Of a stretch of DNA of 64,000 nt, positions 24,590 through 37,187 are shown piece by piece; position 1 is the stretch's first letter; each line of letters starts with the position of its first letter. Position numbers and translations under genes: made by a program. The notes beneath the pieces are model-generated. The model was not told the DNA's origin. It made no database searches and was given only the letters and a program-made list of their open reading frames with translations. Source of the stretch: Basidiobolus meristosporus CBS 931.73 (Eukaryota; Fungi; Basidiobolomycota); assembly GCA_002104905.1 (NCBI GenBank), contig MCFE01000131.1, forward strand, positions 94,670 to 158,669, in the 5' to 3' direction.

Positions 24590-25054
24590 TTAAAGTTCAT
24601 GTAGCGCATAACCCATGGCAGCCGCAGCAACCAAGACTTCAGCGGGCGAGTTATAGAATTTATGGGCTGCATTGTGGGTTGGGGTGGGTGTAGCTTCAGC
24701 ACGAGACTGCTGAGCGCTACTTACTGAGCTCAAGCTTGAACTGGCTTCTGATCGCACTGAAGATAGCTCCGAGCTCGCGTTGGAATTGATGGAGGATTCT
24801 CGAGAAGCGACATCAGAAGAGATTGACTGGGCTGAGGAGTTCGCTTCCGTCGAGGCAGTGGATCTGTTCGAGTCTGATGCATTGGCGGAATTGGATTCTG
24901 CCGCAGTCGTTGCCGGTGTGGCTGTTGTGCCAGCAGTACCTGTGGCACCGGGGGTAACTGATGCACGAGTCGCAACCGTAGTCGTCTGAGTGATAATGGC
25001 GCCAGAAGTAACGGTGGATAGCAGGGCCAGTGCGAAAGCAGTTGAAAGTTTCAT
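24590..25054 (-). CDS. Secreted Ser/Thr/Ala-rich GPI-like surface protein C (154 aa), paralog of B
   Basis: Signal peptide MKLSTAFALALLSTVTSG; TATAAAA at 25145-25151; shares SISS..., SEASS and NAA-tail motifs with protein B. Confidence 0.85.
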   Translation of the reverse strand: MKLSTAFALALLSTVTSGAIITQTTTVATRASVTPGATGTAGTTATPATTAAESNSANASDSNRSTASTEANSSAQSISSDVASRESSINSNASSELSSVRSEASSSLSSVSSAQQSRAEATPTPTHNAAHKFYNSPAEVLVAAAAMGYALHEL

Positions 25055-27351
25055 GGTGTAAGCTTTTGGAACTATATGTCAATGGTTATCGCTTGATGTT
25101 GTCGGACGATGTATACAATGCACAACCCCATCGCCCAGCGTCTCTTTTATAGTTTGCAGGCTGACAGCCAAGAAATGTATGAGTGTCCCACTTTCCAAAT
25201 GCAGTGGAGATCCACCCTACGCTGAGTTCATCCATCGCTCACTACTCGGGAAAAATGTAATTTGGACATTGGATCCTTTTCAAATGATGTCTCACTGTTG
25301 GCTGTAGAAATGTTGTAGTCCGAGATAAAATCTCAGCAAGATTGTCGCGATAGACGTGTTTTAAACTAGCCATCGATTCAGATATACCCACTATTAACCA
25401 CCCACTCACTTCATGAATCCCCATAGATTACTGGCTCGCCAGATGGGCTCTTTAGTCATGAATATCACCGGGTGAGACTATCAAAGCGTTGTGGTTCTCG
25501 GCAGTCGCGTATAATAAGGACTCCGAAGTACGTCATAGCTGGGTCCAAGATTGACACGTCGATTCCAACACTCGACATCCTATTGAGTAAGCAGAACATG
25601 AACATTTATTAACCATCATTCTCCAAACACCAGTTTGTATCGATAGCTGACATGCATAAGCATTAGCCAAGTTTAACGAGCCTTAACCAAATGTTTAACC
25701 CTCCGGATGAGGATTGGCTAGAGACCATATTAGGACTGGAACAAACATGCTGAATCTCGCGTAGTAACAACTCATTATCAAGATACAAGAGAGATTAAAG
25801 AGACGCTTTCATTTAATTCCCTGAACTTGGCGCCAAGCAATTTTATTAGACGATGCCACTGATAGTAACGCCGGTTGGAATATGAAATCATCGCGGTAAA
25901 TCGCATTGCTCTATCTTAAATGCAGTAGGTTGGAAGGCTACTCGAAGAATATTGAATAAGGGCTGTCATCCTTTTTGTCAAGCGTAGTCACTGCCCTAGC
26001 AAGTACCCTTGTCAATTGCCATATATGAGCTTTTCAAATTCAGATGAATTATCACCCACTTCTATATCGGCGCACGAAACAGCAACCATTGGTGCCATTG
26101 TCTAATCTCGACAAGTGTGCATATGGGGCATATGTGTTGCGCTCGAGATACTCCAAACAGCAAGGTGAAGATATGGGTTGCTTCTTACATTAGGATCATC
26201 ATTGCAACTTTCCTTGTGGTATGCAGGTTGCTTATCAGTCTATCAAGTGTTATGTTTGCATGGTGCTTTGCAATGGAATGATCAGTGAAATCTATGGAAT
26301 CACGTGACGCTCACTGGACTGCAGCCTACTCAGGAGTCTCTGTGATGTGTGATTTTTGAGGCAGGTATGCATCCAACTGATCAGCACATTGATAATGGGG
26401 TTGGTGAAATCACACATTCCAACCACCCGATTTAGAAAGCCACATCGACCAATATCCTTATTGCATGGATGTCTGACACTGGGAACCCACAATTAATATA
26501 AACGGTATATTGATCATTACTTAAGACCACTTCGGGATTGGCCTAGAATAGTTGTCACTTAGATCCATCTGAAACCCTCATTAAGGGCTCCTAGAATTGC
26601 TTTCTGTGGCCAATTAAGGCCCTACAGTTCGTAAAGTAATGTAGTAGACGGTTGTGTCCCTATCTCTGTTTGGAGGAACAGGGGAAATCGAAGTGCGCAA
26701 CTGACAACACACCCTTAGGAAGGAGCATTGGTGGAAGCCCAGGGTTAGGGGCCAGTTCACATTAGAGCGAGCCAAGCAAGAGCATGCCCTCAGGCCGGGT
26801 GAACCCCGTGATCAGCAATCTCTGGCGTGGCTCCACGATAAGTGTAAATGGGTTACGCATCCCATCTTAATCCTAGCAAAGCCCTCACGGCCATGGTGTC
26901 TCCCAGCCCATCGCATTTGATACCTCTTTGTATCACGGAGCCCAGCACGAATACATCATAAACCATTTATCCTGGCTATGTAGGCAAACCAGATTTTCAG
27001 CTTCCACTACCGATTTTGGGGAGTAGCATTCGATCATAGATGCTTGAGCAATGTGGGCTCCGAGGGTTGGAGCAGATACACCCACCAATACCTCAACGCC
27101 TTCATATTAAATCCTCATCAAAAAGCCACCATTATGTGCATATTAAATTGGTTGCAATTTGAATATATTTTAAAGTACTGCTATTTTTGTTGTGCATAAT
27201 CTTAAATTTAAGCTTAGCCCTATCGCTTAGCAAGTGATCCTTCAATTACATCAATCTCTGAGGATTTTCAACTATCAGACACATATATATAGCGGGCGGT
27301 GTCTGTTCACTACATCCCTAAGCAGTACACACCACTCTCGACTCTAACCCG

Positions 27352-28353
27352 ATGAAGTTCTTCGTTATCAGCCTTGTTTCTCTACTTCCAATTGTTGCTC
27401 AAGCACAAACCCCCAACTGGCCTCTATGGGATACGCCTCCCACGATTCTTCCGGAGCACTCGAAGCTGGCCAGTGGCATATCCAATATCCCTAGCAATGT
27501 CCCTCAACGAGGTGCCGGATCTCCACCCACATGCACTCAGAATCCCTGTAACGAGGATTGCGGATGCTGGTGGACCTGTGGAAACTGTGTGGCCCCGGAT
27601 GACATTGTTACTTGTCCGAAACCAAAGGTTTGGGGGCTGACATTCGACGATGGGCCCTCCCAGAATACCACATTCATTCTTGACTACCTAAAGCAAAACA
27701 ATATGAAGGCCATGTTTTGCGTGGTCGGAAGTCGCGTTGTCCAGAATCCCGAGATCCTCAAACGCACCTACCAGGAAGGCCATGAAATCTGTGTCCATAC
27801 CTGGAGTCACACTGCACTGACTTCTCAGTCGAACGACCAGATCGTTGCTGAAATGAAATGGACCGAGAAAGCCATTCATGACACCATCGGCGTTGTCCCG
27901 AAATATATGAGGCCTCCCTTCGGCGATATTGACAACCGTGTCCGTGCCATCATGAGAGGCTTGGGGTATAAGGTTATTCTCTGGAACATGGATACCTCCG
28001 ACTGGAAGTTAAACAGCCCGGGCTCCAACTATAACCCTGACAACGTTCGTCAGACTTTCGTTGATTTTATAAACACTCGTGTACCAACCCTCCAACAGGG
28101 TGTCATATCCTTGGAGCATGACCTTCGTGCTGAAGGCGTAAAGCAGTTCCCCATCGCAGTTAATTTGATGAAAACGGCAGGTTTTTCGATGATCAGTGTT
28201 GGCCAATGCCTTAACGATGCCAACGTCTATCAGAGTACCAATTCCACCACCGGCAATCAGTCGCCCAACGGTAAATCCGCTGCTCCTCACCACGGTGTCG
28301 GAGGAGTTGTTGCCCTTCTAACACTACTTGCCGCATATTCATTAACGAAATAA
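27352..28353 (+). CDS. CDA: Chitin deacetylase (CE4 polysaccharide deacetylase), secreted with GPI-like tail, 333 aa
   Basis: All five CE4 motifs (TFDDGP, HTWSH, RPPFG, DTSDW, LEHD); signal peptide, Cys-rich pre-domain, hydrophobic C-terminus; TATATATA at 27284-27291. Confidence 0.96.
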   Translation: MKFFVISLVSLLPIVAQAQTPNWPLWDTPPTILPEHSKLASGISNIPSNVPQRGAGSPPTCTQNPCNEDCGCWWTCGNCVAPDDIVTCPKPKVWGLTFDDGPSQNTTFILDYLKQNNMKAMFCVVGSRVVQNPEILKRTYQEGHEICVHTWSHTALTSQSNDQIVAEMKWTEKAIHDTIGVVPKYMRPPFGDIDNRVRAIMRGLGYKVILWNMDTSDWKLNSPGSNYNPDNVRQTFVDFINTRVPTLQQGVISLEHDLRAEGVKQFPIAVNLMKTAGFSMISVGQCLNDANVYQSTNSTTGNQSPNGKSAAPHHGVGGVVALLTLLAAYSLTK

Positions 28354-29003
28354 TGGTTTGGGTATATACAATTCATCGAGCTTCAACAGTCATAATTTTG
28401 AGAATTTGACGTAGGTTCTTAATATTAGCATCATTGTTCCTGGGAGTCATTCAGTAGCTTTGATGAAACAATCCATGTAGATTAAATGTATTGTCAGCCA
28501 ATTGTATTCGACACCACCAGCCCTATAATAATAAACTCAAACATGACACCATATGAATTCCACACCTCTATCCGCGGTCCCTTCAATCAGAGGGATACAT
28601 TCGAAACCAAGAATATATTGAAAAACATCTGGGCCAGATGCTCATGTACCTTTTGATTGAACGTGCATTATTAGGGACACGACACAGCCCTGTGGGGTCC
28701 ACCAGACAGGGCAATCTTGAAGGTAAGTTACGTAATCTACGGTCACCAAGAAGCGGTTATCCAAGGCCTATCTAGCATAGGGGAATGTACATACGGAACA
28801 GAAGTGCATGTGAATGGAGGTACTGATGTAAATCTGCACTGGATAAGAATGTCGAGTTCCGCGATGTTTCGTCGTGGCTAAGCTGCTGGAATTCATGATT
28901 GATCAAAGCTAACTAATCATTTCCTAATCGTTTAGCCGTAGCCATCAACACTAGGCCTTCTCGACAATGCGCTTTTAGTGTGTACTACTAACCTTTCTAC
29001 GTC

Positions 29004-31650
29004 ATGCCCACCACTAAGAATATTTCCAAAGGCCGTCTCCCTCCGAGTCTCCCAAGGGGTCAGACTGAATTGCCTTTCAAATCACGTCGTTCCCCAGTGT
29101 ATGGAACCCATGCTATGGTCGCTAGCACGTAACAATTCTCGGGCTCACTTGATTTCACCCTCCAGATATTAACCTAACTCAATCTAGTCAAACCCTAGCA
29201 ACACAAGCTGGTTATGAGATATTGAAGAAAGGTGGAAACGCTGCGGTAAGTACTAGGTCTGGTCTTTGCACTTGAAATCGCACTTATCATGAATCCTCGA
29301 TGTCTATTGTTAGGATGCTGCAATTGCTGTTGGTATGTCCACACCCACTAGAAATCTATATCTCCTAGAGTCTAACGCTAATTGGAAACTATTTCGTACG
29401 ATAGCTGCCTGTTTGGGGGTAGTAGGTCTGTTTATGACAACTACCATGCTAATTCGGCAATAATATCAATGCTTGTGACGTTTAGAGCCTGCTTCGACCG
29501 GCATCGGTGGCGATTGCTTCTGTCTTTACTATGATGCTACAGCCAAATCCGTATCGGGCCTGAATGGTTCTGGCAGGTACACTTTGTCTTTACCAACAGC
29601 GGCTTTATTCTATTCTAACAGCAACGCCTCTCCTGTCTCGAATGCGAAGGAGCCCAGCGAATACAAGTCTCCAGCGAGTGAAGGCCGATCTTGGTGAAGT
29701 AAAGAACATACCGTGGTGCAGTGGCCACTCTATAACTGTGCCAGGGGCTGCTGCTGGCTGGTTCGACACAGTGGAGCATTTTGGGAGTGGGAAATTGACG
29801 ATGGGTGAGATTCTGGAACCAGCCATCACCGCCGCTGAGGATGGGTAAAATCCATGGTTGTAAATGATGTATCTACTCCATATTAATTTGGCTTGTACAG
29901 CTTTGCTGTTTCAACCATTTCTGCCAAATTGGTTAGAAGCTATGGCTACATTTCCCTTCTGAAACCCTCCCTAATCTTTCTAAACCCTAAACACGGGTAC
30001 TTACTTAGTGGGAGCAAGGTGTCGAGAAGTTGAAAGCTGCTTCTCCTAACCACGCCGAGTTGTTAGCAGACGGTGACGCCCCTAAAGAAGGGGAGCTCTT
30101 CCTGAACCCAGGACTTGCCAGGTAAATTTACTCCACATCGAGTCCCACCTTTGGCATTTGCTCATTGAAACCCCTAGTACTCTACGCGCCATCTCGCAGA
30201 AAGGCCGAGATGGTTTTTACAAAGGAGAGATCGCACAAGCCATCGTTGACGCAGTCCGGGACAGGGGCGGTCTCATGACGCTGGAGGATCTAGCGAGCCA
30301 TAAATCTCAGCTGGTCGATCCTATAAGCATTGATTATGAGGGGGTTACAGTGCACGAATGCCCAGCCAATGGCCAAGGTAAACCATACAGGTGGCATTAG
30401 CCAACACATTCGCTAAACGAGACATCTAGGCATCACCGCTCTTATGGCTCTAGGTATCCTGGAGGCATTACAAAAAAGCCAAGTGATCCAGCCTTTAGAG
30501 CAGTTAGAGCATAACTCCGCAGAGTATCTCCATGCTCTGATTGAGGCCTTAAGGATAGCTTTTATCGACACCCGTTGGTACGTTACCGACCCGGACGTTT
30601 GTGAAGTCCCAAGCGACCAGCTGTTGAGCAAGGTACAGTGGTGCTTCTTCAAAGCCCGATTCAAGTGCCTAACTGTTGGCCAGCGCTATTTGAAGGAGCG
30701 ATCTAGGCTCTTCAACCCATCCAAGGCGGCTGTAGATCTGAAGCACGGGTCCCCGACACATTCCAGCGACACGGTTTATCTTTCGGTGGTTGACGAGGAC
30801 GGAAACGCTTGCAGCTTCATTGTAAGGCAGCCATTCTGAAGGATTTTTTGTAAACATCTCCTGTCTAACATCGAAGTCTTAGATATCAACCTACGAAGGC
30901 TTTGGAGTAATATCATCCCTTTGACATTATTCTGTACGCATTATTAACTGGTCATTGTTTCAAACCCACTCGATCTGCACTATAGTCGGTAAGCGTTGCA
31001 CTCCAATTGTTATGAGTATGTTCAAAGGCATACTCACTGTCGGTTTGCCAGGGGGTGATTCCTAAAGGTTGCGGCTTTGCCTTGCAAAATCGCGGCAGCA
31101 ATTTCAACCTGGAAGCCGACCATCCCAATCGATATGCCCCCTCAAAACGTCCTTACCACACAATCATTCCTGCTATGGCAACGGTGGGCGAGGAGCTATA
31201 TTTATGTTACGGAGGTAAGCCAAGTCGCCGTCGATTATGTCAGCTTGTCATTGACTATGATTCCTGGGCTCAGTTATGGGCGGCTTTATGCAGGTTGGTG
31301 TAGCAAGCGTGTGATACTTGGCGTCTCTAACCTTTGCGCAGCCTCAGGGACACGTCCAAGTTCTTCTGAATCTGTTACATTACGACCATAACCCACAGAA
31401 TGCATTGGATGCTCCACGCATATGTATTGGTCCGGACAATGGCATGGTCTATCTGGAGGATGGAATTGGGGACGAAGTGGTTGAGCAATTACGTAGAATG
31501 GGACACAACGTGAAGTTATTGAAGGGCCATAAACGTGGGCTGTTCGGCCGTGGACAGGTTATAGAAACGTACAGCGATCCCCGCACTTCTCGTAGGATGC
31601 TTGTTGCTGGCTCTGACCCTCGCGGCGACGGGTATGCTGCAGGATGGTAG
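29004..31650 (+). CDS. ggt: Gamma-glutamyltranspeptidase (Ntn hydrolase, T3 family), 16 exons
   Basis: Manual splicing gives [49 protein letters not shown], the nucleophile-containing [58 protein letters not shown] and FGRGQ. 15 GT..AG introns, all keeping the frame. Confidence 0.92.
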
Positions 31651-32112
31651 GATTTGAAATAGAATCGGTTTGATCTCGTTGTTACTATACCGTGATGTTG
31701 ATATGATTGGTAGGTAGTAAGCTAGATCATTTTTACCCCGCACGTTTACTGCAAGATCGATGGTACCCGTTTAGCAACCACCTATTAAACAGCAATATAC
31801 CAGTATTTCGTACAACACAATCAATTTATTACCTCATCTACCGATCTCCAAATTCCGTGCTATCTTTCACACCAAGATGGCGTATCGTATCAGTGTTATG
31901 TAATGGACCCAATATTGGCATCAGTTTCGTGCTATGGGTATTTCCCTACACCGGAGACGCAATCATTGTTCTGACATTGCTTGGCTGGGTTGTTCAAATG
32001 ATGTAGATTTGGTGCGATGATTACAGCATGGCAAAACACCTAAAAGACCTGAACATGTTGAGCACGTTTGCACTATCCTTCTGATGTAGCTCTTTTTGGA
32101 GTGTTTCAATAC

Positions 32113-34400
32113 TGTTGTGAGAATTTTTGGGATTTTGGGGGTGATTAGGAGAACTAATATGTTATTTGGTTTTCACTTAATAATTCTTTGAGAGTGGAAG
32201 TTTTGTTTGTACTTTCACAGGGTCTGGACACAACAAATATGTAAAATGTGGGATCATTTGGACAACTCAGAGAGATGACGTATTGTGGGCACCTGTCACT
32301 TTGGTGAAGTATTCAAAGCAAGCTCTCAAAAAGTATTTGAAAAGGAACTAATGAAGCTCATAATCAAGGATCCAAATGACAGAGTTAATGGAAACCTTTA
32401 GGTGTAAATGCACAAGTTGCAAAGCATTAAACCTTCGGATCCAGCATCATAGATCTTGTTGACAGTGGCAGTGGGAGCCTCCGGGTGATTTGGAGCTTTT
32501 ATAAGAAAAGGATGCTTTTGTCAAAAGACTTGTTTCATTGTGCCGTTGATCATAGTGGCAGATAAAGCTATATGTTTTGTTATTGATTTGATAAATCAGG
32601 GTCATATGCAAGTCCATTTTGATCATAGTCTAGCACTCTACGGCATGATCCATTACTATCTTGCATGCTACAGCACTCTGTGGCACCATGATCACCTGGA
32701 ATGATGGAACAAGTCTAATCATCCCGCTGAGTCAAGATAAAGTACTAGCACATCTGGACAAGTGAATTTAACTCTGAGAACACAATTTGTATCAGAAATG
32801 CTTTGCTGACAACACAAGCAATCTATATAAAAGTTGGCAGATTATTCATATAGCTTACAGCCTATTCAGTATACTGTACCCAGGCAATATTTGAAGTCTA
32901 GCTACTATCATATAAGTCAATAATCACCTTATGAGAGAGTGTTCAAGATATAGGGAGTGACTGGGAGAACCAGCAAATCATGTGGGACTTAGTTAATGAT
33001 TTATTGACTGCAAAAGTAGAGCTTGTACTTTAACAAGGAACGACTCCAGAGCACATCTGCAAAGTCTGAGAGCTATTAGAAAACTTGAATGAGATATTAT
33101 GAGTGCCTACACTCTATTAGAAGTACTTTAATTAAGTCCAAGCAGTGAATTTGGGTGAGATATATCAAGCTTTATTAGCCATGATTCATATGACCAGATC
33201 AGTCTATATATCCAGGCAAAAGTATGAAGCTTACAAAATTTATTTATAATGTTATCACTGGCTCAAATTAGTGTTGGGGGGTTCTATAAAATCTAAATCT
33301 GAATTTGATGGTGATTGATGGTGATTCAATAGTGATCCCTGGAGCTTGGGAACAAAGTTGGATGCCTTTTAGGCATATTTGAGATTTTGGTAAATTCTGG
33401 TGTGGCCACGCATCTGATAGGCCAGTGAGTGTCACACGGTATTGGTCTTGTAGGTAATGTACTTCAATCTCATAGAGGCAAAGCACATTATCTGAGTTTA
33501 TGAATAATTGTGTAACAAGCTAATTATTTGCTACAGTCACCAATTGGATGGTAAGGAGTTTACATGTGTATAAGAATATTCCACAGCTTAGTGGATATTT
33601 GCAAGGCTGTTTAAGTCATTTTGTTTAGCATCAAAGGTATTCATAAATCTTAAGTTTTACTATATTTTGGACTCTTGACCAATGATCTAGATAGTGCAAC
33701 CTAAAATCGTAGAGTTCTGAAAGTCGTCAAGGCTTTTCAAGCTTTGTGAACCAGCTCTGGGCTTTGCACGGTACACCATGGAGCCCTCTTAAAGGTATTC
33801 TTGTTGTTGGTCTTACTATGTACAATACAATAACTGGTGAGTATCTTGTAACTCTACTGGTGAGCCAAATCGCTTGCGACGCACCCTGAGATATTACAGC
33901 AATATCAATAAAAATAGTGCCCAAGAGCAATACACCATCTACTCACCGAGGCAAATATCATAACAAGAGCTAGCAAAAGAACTGCTGGACAGTAGATAGC
34001 TCTAGCATTCAGGCTCAACAAGTAGGGCTAGGTTGCAAACAAGTATCCTAGTAGTCATAATGTGCCGTTGTGAGGCTCTTATGCTTGATTGATACATCCC
34101 GATTATGTAGAGGAGCAATTAGAAATCACTAGGGATTTTGGTAACCTTACAATATCATCTGTGCAACTAGATGTTTACATACCAAGCTTGGCTAATTTGG
34201 ATAGCTAAACAAAAGGAGCTGTCGTAATTACAGATATGGTTCATCTCCTACCTGGGGACTGTCCATAGAACTAAGAATTTGGTAGGATTGACACGAGCTA
34301 CGGAATGGCACCACCAATTGATCAGTAGGAGATCCCCAATTGATGTGGTTCCAACAATCAGCTCAAATTAAGCAGTATCATTTGACTATCGTATGCTACA
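32113..34400. mobile_element. Heavily eroded LTR-retrotransposon relic region
   Basis: AT-rich and CpG-poor. Reverse-oriented diverged copia-LTR ends at about 32113-32275 and 32955-33030; faint integrase-like traces. Boundaries are approximate. Confidence 0.55.
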
Positions 34401-37187
34401 TAAAGGAGGATGCATCGGCCCATATTGCAGCGCTAGATAATTAGCTAAATGGATCCCCAACTCATTCGAAATATGAGGCTGTACCTGGATGGTCCTACGA
34501 AGCAGTCTGAACATTGGCATTTGAGTCAAACAGCCATGGGTCAGGCATTCTAACTCTGTGCAACTCACCCCCACAGGTTCCATCAAGCTCAGTTCGATGC
34601 ATTCCTACCTACAGGATATCTCACCTAATACTCGAATTATTGCTGGTATGGTGGCGGAATTCCATGAACGGGCGACACAAGTGCTCACCTAGCGGCAGAT
34701 TGCTCTGGGCCCCTGTCCCCAGAGCCTTTCCAATGGAGCTTTATTAAAGCACTTCTGGATTCAGAACGACCACGAATAATCCATTGCCGAATTCGGGGCG
34801 AATTGGTCCTCGCTAGTGGGGAATGGCATCAGCCCAGACATGGCAACTCATCAGTTTGCCGCAGAGTGCTTCATCCAAACACAGTGTGTCAATTTTATGC
34901 GGTAACACAGTTCGACTGGCAGTCTGATTGGGGATGACACTGGGATCAGCTCTGGCCAGACAACCAACAAGCATGGACCTGGTAAGCATGCGCCTATTGG
35001 AGATCGGTCAAGAAACCAGGTTTCTAAGGAATCGTCGGCAATCTGGTATGATTTGAGCTACAGTTGGAGATTATCTGAGAACATGAGTCCATGACGTTTG
35101 TCACCAGGAACACGCCATCCATATAAGTCTCGGCGAGTATCGATGAGTGACTTCATGCAGGCGATCAGCCATCCCTTAGATTTTGCGGTAAACACAATGA
35201 AGCTTGCTAGCCCGTCCATCCACGGTGGGGAGTGTGCCAGTCGGATTACTCCGATGTCGTTTCAGCGAAATACGGTGAAATCTGCCCATAGGCCCGGTGT
35301 TCAAGTCTAGTGTTCACTAGTATCATTCGAGTTGAACTGGATGTAGACCAATAGCACGCGGGATATAGGGCATTGGAATATTCCTGAATAGGAAGCCTAG
35401 CTGATGGACCTCAGCCTTGACTTGCAGGGCTGGGCAGTAATCGGCCTCTGAACAGTGGGCTATATGAAGAGCATCGATGGTAGGTTAGCGGTCTCAAGTG
35501 ATCGTACGGCCGCAGATGGTTATGTTGAAGATCTGGTGTCCCAGAGTGGCATGGAGGGCGCTGCAGTACTGGGCCTAAGCCAGTCGCGGTGTTGGGGATC
35601 CGATGAATTAGCGCGGCAGGACGCAGCCCATGCCAATGAGTATTGAGAGTCGATCTGTGTGAGAGAGGGGCTTTCCCGGGAATACGTGGCTGGAGGGAAA
35701 TGTACAAAATGGGGAAGGATGTGGCCACGAACGAGCATTGACTGGGTTTCTGAATGATCATCAGGGGCACAATACTCGAATTGATGGTTACTCGGTTTAC
35801 CTGGTGTGATGAATCTATTAACCATGTTTGCGATAGACGACCTTGCCTAACTGGAAATACCAAACAGGTTGAGGTTGAGGTTGAGGTTGATTTCATACTT
35901 CCTCCACCATGTCTTACCCACCTCCTTCTTCCACCCCTTAGTCCGACTAATGTTCGTTTCAATAAGCCTAGATCCGGAGCTCAAGAGTCAGATAATTACG
36001 CTGATAATGGGCAAGATTGGAGGAGGTCTTATGTTGAGTGCGACGTATTGCCAGTGGTTTCTTGTTCTTCCTCCTTCTCGTGGCACGGTACACACCTATG
36101 CCAGATTGGAAATCCAGCTCCACCAGTCGATCCTGGCTCACTCTTATGCATGCAAGTTGGCAGGCGACTGAGAGCTGATCGTAGGCCAGCAACGTTCGTC
36201 TGGCTGGATCATGAGTCGAATGCAAGACAAGGCCCCTAGGGCGTTGCAGCTCAGATGACCTGGGTGTGAAAAATGGGCTGATCCATCTGTTTAGGCTTGA
36301 GAAGCGTACACAAGGCGACCCAAGGCTCCAGGTAAACGCGTCTGATGCTACGGCAACCCATGCATTTGCCCTCGAACCACCAACACAATACACGACTGTT
36401 GTGAGACGGAAACCCCAGGCGGGCATGCGGATGGCGAACGAGGCCAGCGGGAGGACACGGGATACAGAATCCCCTGTTTCTGACCACTTCCGGATCGAAA
36501 CCGGCTTCGATACAGGGTCTTTGGGACTCAAAGGCTTTTGCTTGTACAACCACGCTTATCAGTTACTTTCTTTACCGAGGAAGATTACTGTTCGCACGTT
36601 TAGGGGCAACCCCCCATTATGGGCTGTGTTCACCAAACTGCGTAGCTGGAAATCAGCCCCTATTTTCGGTGGTTGGATTAAGATAGGCGCGCTCTGCCTG
36701 TGGCATCAGCGCTTCATGTCTGGCGAACGCGGGATTGCAGATGATGTGGACGCAGGGATGGGGATGGGGATATGGATCAATTTATATCTAAGTACACATA
36801 CATCATTCGAGTCGAAGATCAGAAAATATCAATTACAAGAACTACAGGAAAATCGCTCCTTGATGAAGATAGGTTACAATTGGTGGTCCTAAATCACGAA
36901 CCTGAGCGCGATTTATTCTCCTCTCGATCCAACAATTGTAATCTATTAAAGTTCAGTCAAAGAAAGGTATACGCAAGCGAGTGATGCTAATCTAAATGGA
37001 ACAAATAATACGTATTCAATAGGTTGTACATTTACGTTATTGATTAATGTATGACGGGGTTTTTTTCCTGTGGAATGGCGATGATTTGGGTAGCTTGGTT
37101 GTGATGGCTCCCTTGGCGGGGATCCTCGCCCAAGATGAGATGAAGACTATTCACTAGAGCCCCTCCTCCTCTCAATATACATGCTTT

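Noticed and set aside
35866-35890. (GAGGTT)4 microsatellite resembling a telomere variant
   Set aside because: Short and isolated, not TTAGGG, and not associated with the retroelement tail.
35411-36892. Overlapping ORFs of 100-208 aa on both strands
   Set aside because: Mutually overlapping, with no motif or consistent frame. A degraded gene cannot be excluded, but none can be supported.
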